Shown here: positions 55,886 to 64,000 of the stretch, one piece after another
Layout of the letters: each line of letters starts with the position of its first letter
How positions within the stretch are numbered: the first letter of the stretch is position 1
Source of the DNA: Candidatus Gottesmanbacteria bacterium
GTDB lineage: Bacteria > Patescibacteriota > Microgenomatia > UBA10105 > UBA927
Direction of reading: 5' to 3'
DNA length: 64,000 nt
Assembly: GCA_023245335.1 (NCBI GenBank)
Contig: JAHFKK010000001.1
Span: 491,282-555,281, forward strand
The notes under the pieces: model-generated
What the model saw: the letters and a program-made list of their open reading frames with translations, nothing else
Databases searched by the model: none
Told to the model about the DNA's origin: nothing
Position numbers and translations under genes: made by a program

Positions 55886-56935
55886 TTACGACATGTTTTT
55901 GTTTTGTTTGACGGGTAAACGGACAGTAAACGTGGTTCCTTTTTTCAGTATACTGACAACCTGTATGGATCCCTGATGCGACTGTACGATTTTTTTGGCG
56001 ATGGAAAGCCCAAGGCCGTACCCGTCTGCATGGACCTTGCTTCGTGCAGTGTCCGCGCGATAAAACCGGTCAAATATTTTTGGCAGATCGGTTTCGTTTA
56101 TCCCTTGTCCGTGGTCAACGACGGATAGAAGTATCGATCCGTCGGTGCGCTTTGAACGCACGGTAATCGTGGATTCTTTGGGGCTATACTTAATTGCGTT
56201 GTCCAAAAGGATAACAAATAGATCCGTCAGGCTGAATTTGTCTCCCTCGATAATAGTAGGTTGCGTCAGATTTTCTATGGAGATCTTTTTTTGTTTTGCG
56301 AGGCTTGAGACTTTTCGGATTGCCGCTTCCGCAATATCGGTGACTTGTGTTTTGGCAAACGCATTGACGATTGAAGGCTTTTCGTATTGTGCAAGCTGGA
56401 GGAGCGCATCCGAAAGCGATTGGAGCTTGTTTACGTCGGTAATACTTTCCTTCATAAGTGTCTTCGCGCCGGCAAGCGTCAGGTCCGGATCCCGGAGATT
56501 TACTTCCATGGAGCTTTTGAGCGCAGTAAGCGGCGTACGCAGTTCATGAGACGCGTCGGAAATGAACCGATGCTGCTCATCAACCATTTCGGCGATGGGC
56601 TTTAGGGTCCGGCCGGCCAAGAAATACCCGAGCCCGCCGGATAGAACTAAAACGCCAACATTGACGATGGTAAGAAACCCGATTACCCGCTGCTGTACTT
56701 CGCTCACCAATGCGTCATCAAACACGACGGGGAGTGGGGCGATTTGTCCATCATCGGGGGGCAAAGGCGCCATATTTGAGTTCAGTCCATGTTCTATGCG
56801 AACCCGCTGTACGCGCGCGAAACGCTCGACCTCGGCGGAAAACATGCGGTAAATGACCGTACTGAAGGAGAGACTTATCACCATGATGATAAGGAGATAC
56901 CATGCGGTCAGTTTGAGTCGTGCAGAATGAAACAT
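55886..56935 (-). CDS. Sensor histidine kinase (HisKA + HATPase, two TM)
   Basis: ASHELRTPL, DNAIKY, D.G.GI, GLGLSI. Confidence 0.95.
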   Translation of the reverse strand: MFHSARLKLTAWYLLIIMVISLSFSTVIYRMFSAEVERFARVQRVRIEHGLNSNMAPLPPDDGQIAPLPVVFDDALVSEVQQRVIGFLTIVNVGVLVLSGGLGYFLAGRTLKPIAEMVDEQHRFISDASHELRTPLTALKSSMEVNLRDPDLTLAGAKTLMKESITDVNKLQSLSDALLQLAQYEKPSIVNAFAKTQVTDIAEAAIRKVSSLAKQKKISIENLTQPTIIEGDKFSLTDLFVILLDNAIKYSPKESTITVRSKRTDGSILLSVVDHGQGINETDLPKIFDRFYRADTARSKVHADGYGLGLSIAKKIVQSHQGSIQVVSILKKGTTFTVRLPVKQNKNMS

Positions 56936-56939
56936 AGGC

Positions 56940-57611
56940 TTATCCCAGTTTATACCCAAAACCTCTCACCGTCTGTATGAGAGGCTTTCCTGATGTAAAC
57001 GGGTGGTCGATTTTATTCCGGAGGTTTCTGATATAGACCTCGACCGTGTTGGGGAGGATGTCTGCTTCGTAGTCCCACACGTGACTGATGATTTGTTCTT
57101 TGGTTATGACGGTTTTGGCATGCCGAAGGAGAAATTCAAGTAATGCAAATTCCTTATTGGACAGATTGATTTGCCGTTTGCCCCTTGTTACTTCATAGGT
57201 GACGGTATTGAGCGTCAAATCCGCGACTCGGAGCGTTTCCGAGAGTGTGGTCTTCGGCCGTCGTATGAGTGCTCGTACTCTCGCAAGAAGTTCTTCAAAG
57301 GAAAACGGCTTCGTCAGATAATCGTCAGCTCCCGAATCCAAGCCTTCTACCTTATCACGAATCTGTCCTTTGGCGGTAAGCATGAGGATCGGCGTGTGTA
57401 TTTGTTTCGCGCGAAGCTCCTTACACACCGTGATGCCGTCCATGCCGGGTAAAAGAAGGTCTAGGAGGATGAGATCATACTCTTCTGACGAGGCAAGATC
57501 AAACCCGTCGGAGCCGGTATAGGCTACGTCAACCGCGTATTTTTCCTGTTCTAGTCCTTTTTTGATGGAATTCGCGATCCTATGTTCGTCTTCCACCACA
57601 AGAATTCTCAT
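56940..57611 (-). CDS. OmpR/PhoB family response regulator
   Basis: VEDE, D..LPG.DG, GADDYLTKPF, wHTH ending TVRGFGY. Confidence 0.96.
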   Translation of the reverse strand: MRILVVEDEHRIANSIKKGLEQEKYAVDVAYTGSDGFDLASSEEYDLILLDLLLPGMDGITVCKELRAKQIHTPILMLTAKGQIRDKVEGLDSGADDYLTKPFSFEELLARVRALIRRPKTTLSETLRVADLTLNTVTYEVTRGKRQINLSNKEFALLEFLLRHAKTVITKEQIISHVWDYEADILPNTVEVYIRNLRNKIDHPFTSGKPLIQTVRGFGYKLG

Positions 57612-57618
57612 GCCTTCT

Positions 57619-57650
57619 ATTATACTCCCGAGGCTGAAAACGAGCTGAAG
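57619..57650 (-). promoter_or_regulatory. Direct-repeat box (CTTCAG-N5-TTTCAG) plus TATAAT; probable autoregulatory site
   Basis: Minus strand cttcag ctcgt tttcag, then 9 nt, then TATAAT, then 7 nt to ATG. Confidence 0.72.
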
Positions 57651-57652
57651 AA

Positions 57653-58030
57653 TTACTGTTGTCCGAAGAATTGGATAAGGTTGCCTTCCGGATCCGCGAT
57701 TGTCATGCACCAGAAGCCTCCGGGCGGGCCGGCGAACGGTTTGGCGATGATCGTGACTTTTTTGGCTTTGAGTTCTTTATATACCTCGGTTACACTTTTG
57801 ACGTTGAATCCGATCATGATGCGGTAGGGATCTTTGTTTTTGCCTTTTACCTTGTTGTGCTTACCGACATAGAAGTATGTCGGAGCAAAGTCAAAATCCA
57901 CCCCGGTATCGTCCGGAAGGGTGAGTCGGCGCTGTACTTTGAAGCCGAGTATACTCTCATACCATGCGGCGAGCTTTTCGTAATCCGGCGACCAAAGGCA
58001 CACGGAAATGTCTTTGTTTATGAGTTTCAT
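57653..58030 (-). CDS. VOC/glyoxalase family protein
   Basis: WY..ILG, F.V..V..VY..L, DPEGN.IQF. Confidence 0.88.
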   Translation of the reverse strand: MKLINKDISVCLWSPDYEKLAAWYESILGFKVQRRLTLPDDTGVDFDFAPTYFYVGKHNKVKGKNKDPYRIMIGFNVKSVTEVYKELKAKKVTIIAKPFAGPPGGFWCMTIADPEGNLIQFFGQQ

Positions 58031-58113
58031 AATACCGCTCTATGATAGTGCTTGTCAGAAAGAAGTCAATCGCCGTCATGGTATGATAGAGAGAAGAAGG
58101 GAGTAAGGGATAT

Positions 58114-58320
58114 ATGAAGATGAAAATGAATGAATTGGATTGGGCGACGTGGGTATTTGTGGTCATCGGCGCTCTAAACTGGGGTCTGGTCGGTGCCTTC
58201 AAGTTTGATGTCATCATGTTAGTCTTGGGTACGAGTCCCGCACTCGTCGAACTTGTTTATATACTCGTCGGATTATCAGGCCTGTATTGGCTTTATAAGA
58301 TGATCACGATGAAGAAATGA
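58114..58320 (+). CDS. DUF378 small membrane protein
   Basis: IGALNWGLVG, VYILVG.SG. Confidence 0.9.
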   Translation: MKMKMNELDWATWVFVVIGALNWGLVGAFKFDVIMLVLGTSPALVELVYILVGLSGLYWLYKMITMKK

Positions 58321-58344
58321 GAAGTGTATGATACTATACGCTTC

Positions 58345-59085
58345 ATGAAGAAACTCCTGGGTATATTCGCTCATCCTGACGACGAATCCATCGCTTCAGG
58401 TGGAACGATCGCCAAATACGCAAAGGCAGGTTGGCAAGTCGACCTTGTTACCGCGACGAGGGGGGAATCGGGGGGAAGCGGAGAGGTCAGAGCCAAAGAG
58501 CTCGCGGAAGCAGCAGAACACCTTGGTATCCGGTCCGTCACGTTTTTGGATTATAAGGATGGCCAGCTTGCAGGGAAAGTTGCCGGAGAAATCGAAGATA
58601 CGATCGTACGGCTTTTGGAAGACATGAAACCTGATGTCATCCTGACGCATGAGCCGGCGGGGATAACGCATCATCCTGACCACATCAAGCTGTCGCTTGC
58701 TGCGACCTTCGCATTCCAAAAATACGCCTGGACCAGGCATGAAGCGAATCCGGACGACGATAATCCGCCCAAATTGTATTATGCGTGTTTCCCGGAGACG
58801 ATCATTTCGTACGTCGTGAAGCATAAATATTTTCCGGCAGAGTTATTCGGCAAACCGTGTATGGGCGTTGACGATAAGCGGGTTACGACGGTCATTAACA
58901 TCAAGAAGTTCAGTGCCGCAAAACAAAAAGCTCTGGAGTCGCATGCGACCCAGCGATCATTGTTGTCAAAATATTTGGATATTCCGCGTAATCCGTTTAT
59001 GAATCAGGAATATTTCATACTTCGGATGGTCGGGCTCGTCGAAGTATTCATGGGGAAAAACGACCGCATATCGGATCGTCTATGA
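58345..59085 (+). CDS. PIG-L/LmbE family deacetylase
   Basis: AHPDDE, T.GE.G, HPDH, H.TQ. Confidence 0.9.
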   Translation: MKKLLGIFAHPDDESIASGGTIAKYAKAGWQVDLVTATRGESGGSGEVRAKELAEAAEHLGIRSVTFLDYKDGQLAGKVAGEIEDTIVRLLEDMKPDVILTHEPAGITHHPDHIKLSLAATFAFQKYAWTRHEANPDDDNPPKLYYACFPETIISYVVKHKYFPAELFGKPCMGVDDKRVTTVINIKKFSAAKQKALESHATQRSLLSKYLDIPRNPFMNQEYFILRMVGLVEVFMGKNDRISDRL

Positions 59086-59915
59086 AACAAAAGTCTTCTA
59101 AAATGTCAACGCTTGTTATATCGCATCTGGTTGCGTCCATAGAGGAGAAAGAAATACTGCATGGCGTATCTCTTACGGTTCGTGGAGGAGAGGTGCATGC
59201 CATCATGGGTCCCAACGGCAGCGGCAAATCGACACTCGCATCCGTGTTGTTAGGACATCCGGCGTACGCAGTAAACAGGAACCAGAAAGCAGGAAACACA
59301 AAGATAATCCTTGACGGAAAGAATTTATTTTCATTGCCGACAGAGAAACGGGCCCTGGCTGGTTTATTTTTGGCCTTCCAGTCACCGATCGCTATACAGG
59401 GAGTGACCGTTATGAATTTACTCAGGACATCGTATCAGGCACGTTTTCATGGGGATGGTTCGCAGGCGCCATCAGTGCAAAATCCGGTACTCGCCCGACG
59501 TACGCTTGTCGGCGGTTTGCCTATCGCTGATTTCATGGCGCTCGTCGGAGATTATGCGCGCCGCCTGAATCTCGATGAGTCCCTGTTGAGGCGGGGAATC
59601 CATGACGGTTTCTCCGGAGGGGAAAAGAAAAAAATAGAAATGCTGCAAGCTCTCGTCCTCCGCCCGAAATTTGCGGTCTTTGATGAAATCGATACGGGAT
59701 TGGATGTTGATGCGCTGAAAGCGGTATCCATGGGGATTTCGCTTCTTAGGAAATCAGGTGTCGGTATCATCATCATCACCCACTATCAGCGGATACTCAA
59801 ATACGTTAAACCTGATTACGTCCATATACTTGTTTCCGGTAACGTCGTCAAAACCGGAAGCGCCGCACTTGCCAAAAAAATAGAAGATTCCGGATATAAG
59901 GAATTTACCGGCTAA
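59082..59915 (+). CDS. sufC: Fe-S cluster assembly ATPase SufC
   Basis: MGPNGSGKSTL, FLAFQ.P, FSGGEKK, DEIDTGLDVDA, ITHYQR. Confidence 0.95.
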   Translation: MKQKSSKMSTLVISHLVASIEEKEILHGVSLTVRGGEVHAIMGPNGSGKSTLASVLLGHPAYAVNRNQKAGNTKIILDGKNLFSLPTEKRALAGLFLAFQSPIAIQGVTVMNLLRTSYQARFHGDGSQAPSVQNPVLARRTLVGGLPIADFMALVGDYARRLNLDESLLRRGIHDGFSGGEKKKIEMLQALVLRPKFAVFDEIDTGLDVDALKAVSMGISLLRKSGVGIIIITHYQRILKYVKPDYVHILVSGNVVKTGSAALAKKIEDSGYKEFTG

Positions 59916-59947
59916 ACGATGGTGTCTAGTCCGCCGTCATACTTCAT

Positions 59948-61342
59948 ATGAACACACAGCCGCCAGTGGGGAATTATAAGTACGGGTTTCACAAACCCGA
60001 GCACTACGTGTTTAAATCCGAGCGCGGATTGACGGAAGACGTCGTCCGGCAGGTGAGCGCACATAAGGGTGAACCGGATTGGATGCGCGATCGGCGATTG
60101 ACCGCGCTGTCCGTTTACGGGAAAAAGCCGTTGCCTTTGTGGGGAGCGGATCTTACGGCTATTAAGTTTGACGACATTTACTACTACATAAAGCCGACGA
60201 AAGACAAAGTGTCAGACTGGAAAGATCTGCCGCCTGAGATACGGGATACGTATGACCGGATCGGGATTCCGGAAGCAGAAAAAAAGTTTCTTGCCGGGGT
60301 GTCGGCCCAATACGAATCCGAGGTCGTCTATAAGAGTATCCAGGATACTCTCTCGAAAAAAGGCGTCGTGTTTTTGGATATGGATTCCGGGCTGAAGGAA
60401 TATCCGGATATCGTGCGGCAGTATTTTGGCACCATCATACCCACAGGGGACAATAAATTCGCGGCGCTTAATACTAGTGTCTGGTCCGGCGGGTCGTTTG
60501 TGTATGTCCCCAAAGGCGTGCATGTTGATTTACCGCTTCAGGCATATTTCCGTATTAATGCGGCGAATATGGGACAGTTTGAGCGGACGCTCATCGTTGC
60601 CGAAGAAGGAAGTTTTGTGCATTACGTCGAAGGATGTACGGCTCCCATTTACACAACCGATTCGCTGCACTCGGCGGTTGTCGAAATTATCGTGAAGAAA
60701 GGGGCGCGCGTGCGATATACCACGATCCAGAATTGGAGTACGAATGTCTATAACCTCGTCACCAAGCGGGCCCGGGTCGAAGAGGAAGGGACGATGGAAT
60801 GGGTGGACGGAAATTTAGGCAGCAAAGTAACGATGAAATATCCGAGCGTATATCTTATGGGAAGAAAAGCCCGCGGAGAAGTGCTTTCCATAGCATACGC
60901 GGGAGCACATCAGCATCAGGACGCAGGAGGGAAGGCAATCCATTTTGCACCAGAGACGACGTCGCAGATTATTTCCAAATCCATAAGTAGCGGCGGCGGA
61001 CGCACGTCGTATCGAGGGTTGGTGCACGTGTACCCCGGTGCAAAAAATGCGAAGTCCAAGGTCGTCTGCGACGCACTTATTTTGGATGAACGGTCCCGTT
61101 CGGATACGTATCCGACGATGAAAATAGATGAACAAAACGTTCAGATAGAACATGAGGCGACGGTGTCGAAAATCGGGGATGAGCAGTTATTTTATCTCAC
61201 GAGCCGCGGCGTCACCAAAGAGCAGGCGCAATCAATGATCGTCAACGGGTTTATAGAGCCGATCGTCAAAGAGTTGCCGCTTGAATATGCGGTCGAGATG
61301 AACCGGCTCATAGAACTTCAGATGGAAGGGTCGGTGGGATAA
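59948..61342 (+). CDS. sufB: Fe-S cluster assembly protein SufB
   Basis: [41 protein letters not shown]. Confidence 0.97.
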   Translation: MNTQPPVGNYKYGFHKPEHYVFKSERGLTEDVVRQVSAHKGEPDWMRDRRLTALSVYGKKPLPLWGADLTAIKFDDIYYYIKPTKDKVSDWKDLPPEIRDTYDRIGIPEAEKKFLAGVSAQYESEVVYKSIQDTLSKKGVVFLDMDSGLKEYPDIVRQYFGTIIPTGDNKFAALNTSVWSGGSFVYVPKGVHVDLPLQAYFRINAANMGQFERTLIVAEEGSFVHYVEGCTAPIYTTDSLHSAVVEIIVKKGARVRYTTIQNWSTNVYNLVTKRARVEEEGTMEWVDGNLGSKVTMKYPSVYLMGRKARGEVLSIAYAGAHQHQDAGGKAIHFAPETTSQIISKSISSGGGRTSYRGLVHVYPGAKNAKSKVVCDALILDERSRSDTYPTMKIDEQNVQIEHEATVSKIGDEQLFYLTSRGVTKEQAQSMIVNGFIEPIVKELPLEYAVEMNRLIELQMEGSVG

Positions 61343-61346
61343 AGGC

Positions 61347-61976
61347 ATGAAGCGCATACACAATAATCAGGTTATTGTTGAACGGGTGGGTGGAGAAGGA
61401 TTGCAGCAAGAATATATAGTGGGGAAGGACGCATCTCTCACGCTCATCCTTATGGTCCGGGTGAGCGGCGTAGTTTCCCTTACTCCCTCTGTGACATTAA
61501 AGGGTCCCGGATCCAGTGCAACTATCCTCGGCGTCATATACGGCACAGGCAAAGGGGTAGTCAACATTACGACATTACAGCACCACGAGGCTCCCAATAC
61601 CACCAGTAACCTTCTTATAAAAAGCGTTATGACGGAGGAAAGCATGTGTCGCTACGAGGGGAGCATTCTGGTAGATAAGCGGGCGCAAAAAACAAACGCC
61701 TATCAACGGAACGAAAATTTACTTTTAGGGGATCATGCGCATGCCACGAGTAAGCCGGCGCTTGAGATACTCGCAAACGATGTCCGGTGTACGCATGGCG
61801 CCCTTGTGAAGACACTTGATGCGGACGAGTTGTGGTATGCCGCGACCCGCGGTATAGGAGGTACGGCTGCGAGGTACATGATTCTGAACGGATTCCTTTT
61901 AAGTACGTTCGACGGAATTGCTGATACAATAGTTCGGGAAGAAGCATACAGAGAAACTCTGTCACTTGTGGCATAA
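61347..61976 (+). CDS. sufD: SufD-like protein (short, 209 aa)
   Basis: AQKTNAYQ..NLLL, P.LEI.A.DV.C.HGA. Confidence 0.88.
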   Translation: MKRIHNNQVIVERVGGEGLQQEYIVGKDASLTLILMVRVSGVVSLTPSVTLKGPGSSATILGVIYGTGKGVVNITTLQHHEAPNTTSNLLIKSVMTEESMCRYEGSILVDKRAQKTNAYQRNENLLLGDHAHATSKPALEILANDVRCTHGALVKTLDADELWYAATRGIGGTAARYMILNGFLLSTFDGIADTIVREEAYRETLSLVA

Positions 61977-61982
61977 AAGAAT

Positions 61983-62303
61983 ATGACTATGGATACCTTC
62001 GTTTTCGTAGCGAATGTAAGTGATCTCACACCCGGATCAATGAAAACTGTGATAATATCTGGAGGAAAATCGTTGGCACTGGCAAACGTCGACGGTGAGT
62101 TTTTCGCGATAGATGACACCTGTACTCACGAGCAGTGTTCGTTGGGCACGGAAGGAGCACTGGACGGTTCCGTCGTCATCTGCGGGTGTCACGGAGCAAA
62201 TTTTGATGTGACGACCGGTAAAGTTCTGGCTTTGCCCGCGCCGACTGATGTCGCTAGCTACGAAGTGAAGATAGAAAACGGTCAGGTGTTTGTGAAACTA
62301 TGA
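61983..62303 (+). CDS. Rieske [2Fe-2S] ferredoxin
   Basis: CTH and CGCHG ligands. Confidence 0.92.
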   Translation: MTMDTFVFVANVSDLTPGSMKTVIISGGKSLALANVDGEFFAIDDTCTHEQCSLGTEGALDGSVVICGCHGANFDVTTGKVLALPAPTDVASYEVKIENGQVFVKL

Positions 62304-63535
62304 GTATGTTTGACGCAAAAACCATTCAGAAGGATTTTCCTCAATTACAAAGGAAAATTCACGGTAAACGAATCGTCTATCTTGATTCGACCGCAACATC
62401 GTTAAAGCCCCAATCCGTCATTGATAAAGAAGACGAATATTATACCCTTTATACCGCTAATGTTTTTCGCGGTATCTATACAACGAGCGAAGAGGCAACT
62501 GCCGCATACGAACATGCGAGAGACGTAGCGGCGACCCTTATTCATGCCAAGATGAGCGAAGAGATAGTATTTACCCGGAACACGAGCGAATCCATCAACC
62601 TTGTCGCATATAGTTTGTTGCTTCATGACATATCACCGGGTGAGCGGATCGTGACCACAATCATGGAGCATCACTCCAACTTCGTGCCGTGGCAACAGCT
62701 GGGAAAAGAGAGGGGAGTTGCGGTCGATATTTGGAACCTGACGCCGGAGGGGGAACTTGACTTGGGAGACTTGGAAAAGCTTGTTACCCGGAAAACCCGA
62801 ATAGTCGCAGTAACTGCCGCGTCCAATGTGCTCGGAACCATAAATCCGATATCAAAAATTGTTCGAACAGTGAAACGACTCAATTCGAAGTGTTTAGTGC
62901 TTGTGGATGCGGCGCAAGCAGTCCCTCATATGCCTGTTGATGTCCAGGAGTGGGGAGCGGATTTCGTAGCGTTTTCCAGTCACAAGATGTTGGGGCCAAC
63001 CGGCATTGGAGTACTATGGGCAAACCGTGAACAATTGGATGCTATGCACCCGTTTAACTACGGAGGTGAGATGATATCCGAAGTCCATGTGGATCGGACA
63101 GTCTTTAAGCCCGCTCCGCATAAATTTGAAGCAGGTACGCCGCATATTGCAGGTGTCATCGGATTCGGAGCCGCAGTAGAGTATCTTATGAAGCTCGGTT
63201 TGGATAATGTCCGGGCTCACGAAGAGGCGTTAGTGGCCTATGCCATCGAGCAATTCAGCCGCATGTCGGAGGTAAAGTATCTGGGCCCCCAGGACGCAAA
63301 AAAGCGAGGAGGCGTTTTTGCGATGACGATGAAGGGTGCGCATCCCCATGATATAGCGCAGATTCTCAATGAAGATAACGTCTTTGTGCGGGCCGGCAAT
63401 CACTGTGCTATGCCGCTCCATGAAAATTTGGGTGTCGCCTCAACCGTACGTGCGTCATTTTATGTTTATACGGCAAAAGAAGATATAGACGTGTTGATGG
63501 AATCCCTCGGAAAAGTGAAAAAAATATTCGGCTGA
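62300..63535 (+). CDS. sufS: Cysteine desulfurase SufS
   Basis: YLDSTAT, EHHSN, DAAQ, SSHKMLGPTG, RAGNHCA. Confidence 0.96.
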   Translation: MSMFDAKTIQKDFPQLQRKIHGKRIVYLDSTATSLKPQSVIDKEDEYYTLYTANVFRGIYTTSEEATAAYEHARDVAATLIHAKMSEEIVFTRNTSESINLVAYSLLLHDISPGERIVTTIMEHHSNFVPWQQLGKERGVAVDIWNLTPEGELDLGDLEKLVTRKTRIVAVTAASNVLGTINPISKIVRTVKRLNSKCLVLVDAAQAVPHMPVDVQEWGADFVAFSSHKMLGPTGIGVLWANREQLDAMHPFNYGGEMISEVHVDRTVFKPAPHKFEAGTPHIAGVIGFGAAVEYLMKLGLDNVRAHEEALVAYAIEQFSRMSEVKYLGPQDAKKRGGVFAMTMKGAHPHDIAQILNEDNVFVRAGNHCAMPLHENLGVASTVRASFYVYTAKEDIDVLMESLGKVKKIFG

Positions 63536-63557
63536 ATGAGCCGCCACAGGAGAATGC

Positions 63558-63935
63558 ATGGATTTGTATCGCGAAACCATCCTTGACCATTATAAAAACC
63601 CGCGGAATTTCGGGCATCTTTCGGGTGCAAACGTCACGAGTGAAGAAATAAACGTGAGCTGCGGAGATCGTATCGCCATAGAAATGCGCATTGAGTCTAG
63701 AGGGAAGGCGAGGATCGTTTCTGATATCCGATTTTTCGGAGAGGGGTGCGCTATAAACCAGGCCAGCGCTTCCATGCTCACGGAAAAAGTAAAAGGCTTG
63801 GATACGCGCCGCGTCATGAGGATATCGCTTGATGATATCCAAACAATGCTCGGTACGACGCTCACTCCCTCGCGGGTCAAATGCGCAATCCTTCCATTAG
63901 AAGCGATCCAAAAAGCTATACGATCCTTGAGCTGA
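63558..63935 (+). CDS. sufU: SufU (NifU-like) sulfur transfer/scaffold protein
   Basis: LYRETILDHY.NPRN, SCGD, GCAI, RVKCA. Confidence 0.93.
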   Translation: MDLYRETILDHYKNPRNFGHLSGANVTSEEINVSCGDRIAIEMRIESRGKARIVSDIRFFGEGCAINQASASMLTEKVKGLDTRRVMRISLDDIQTMLGTTLTPSRVKCAILPLEAIQKAIRSLS

Positions 63936-64000
63936 CGGCTGTTTTTAGGATCATAATTTTGATATAGTCGTACGTAGTATATGGATAATAATGATCCGAA

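Overview
Gene-dense bacterial DNA (standard code 11; TAA, TAG and TGA all used as stops). The gene content suggests a Candidate Phyla Radiation/Patescibacteria genome, probably Microgenomates-like; this is inference, no search was run. Housekeeping genes: secF (partial), CCA-adding enzyme, recJ, T-box-controlled aspS, D,D-carboxypeptidase, gltX, era, mutY, greA, engB, tRNA-Gln(CTG) and a full sufCBD-Rieske-sufS-sufU operon. Accessory genes: efflux and ABC systems, two Thr-type sulfatase-like enzymes, a G1 glutamic peptidase, a minimal [FeFe]-hydrogenase-like protein, an FMN-bind/ApbE/RnfD-FNR flavinylation locus and an OmpR-family two-component system. Most notable unannotated signals: (1) a TTTCAG-N5-TTTCAG direct repeat placed 9-10 nt before a -10-like hexamer at five promoters, including the response regulator's own, defining a candidate envelope/redox regulon; (2) a ~140-nt structured RNA with a perfect sigma70 promoter and mutually exclusive terminator/antiterminator pairings, heading an AT-rich island of orphan small ORFs; (3) an AspRS that lacks the GAD insertion but carries a YeaK/ProXp-y-like editing domain; (4) an AT-rich PIN + Cas2-like two-gene islet; (5) pervasive leaderless promoters. 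No CRISPR array, rRNA, transposase or integrase was seen.
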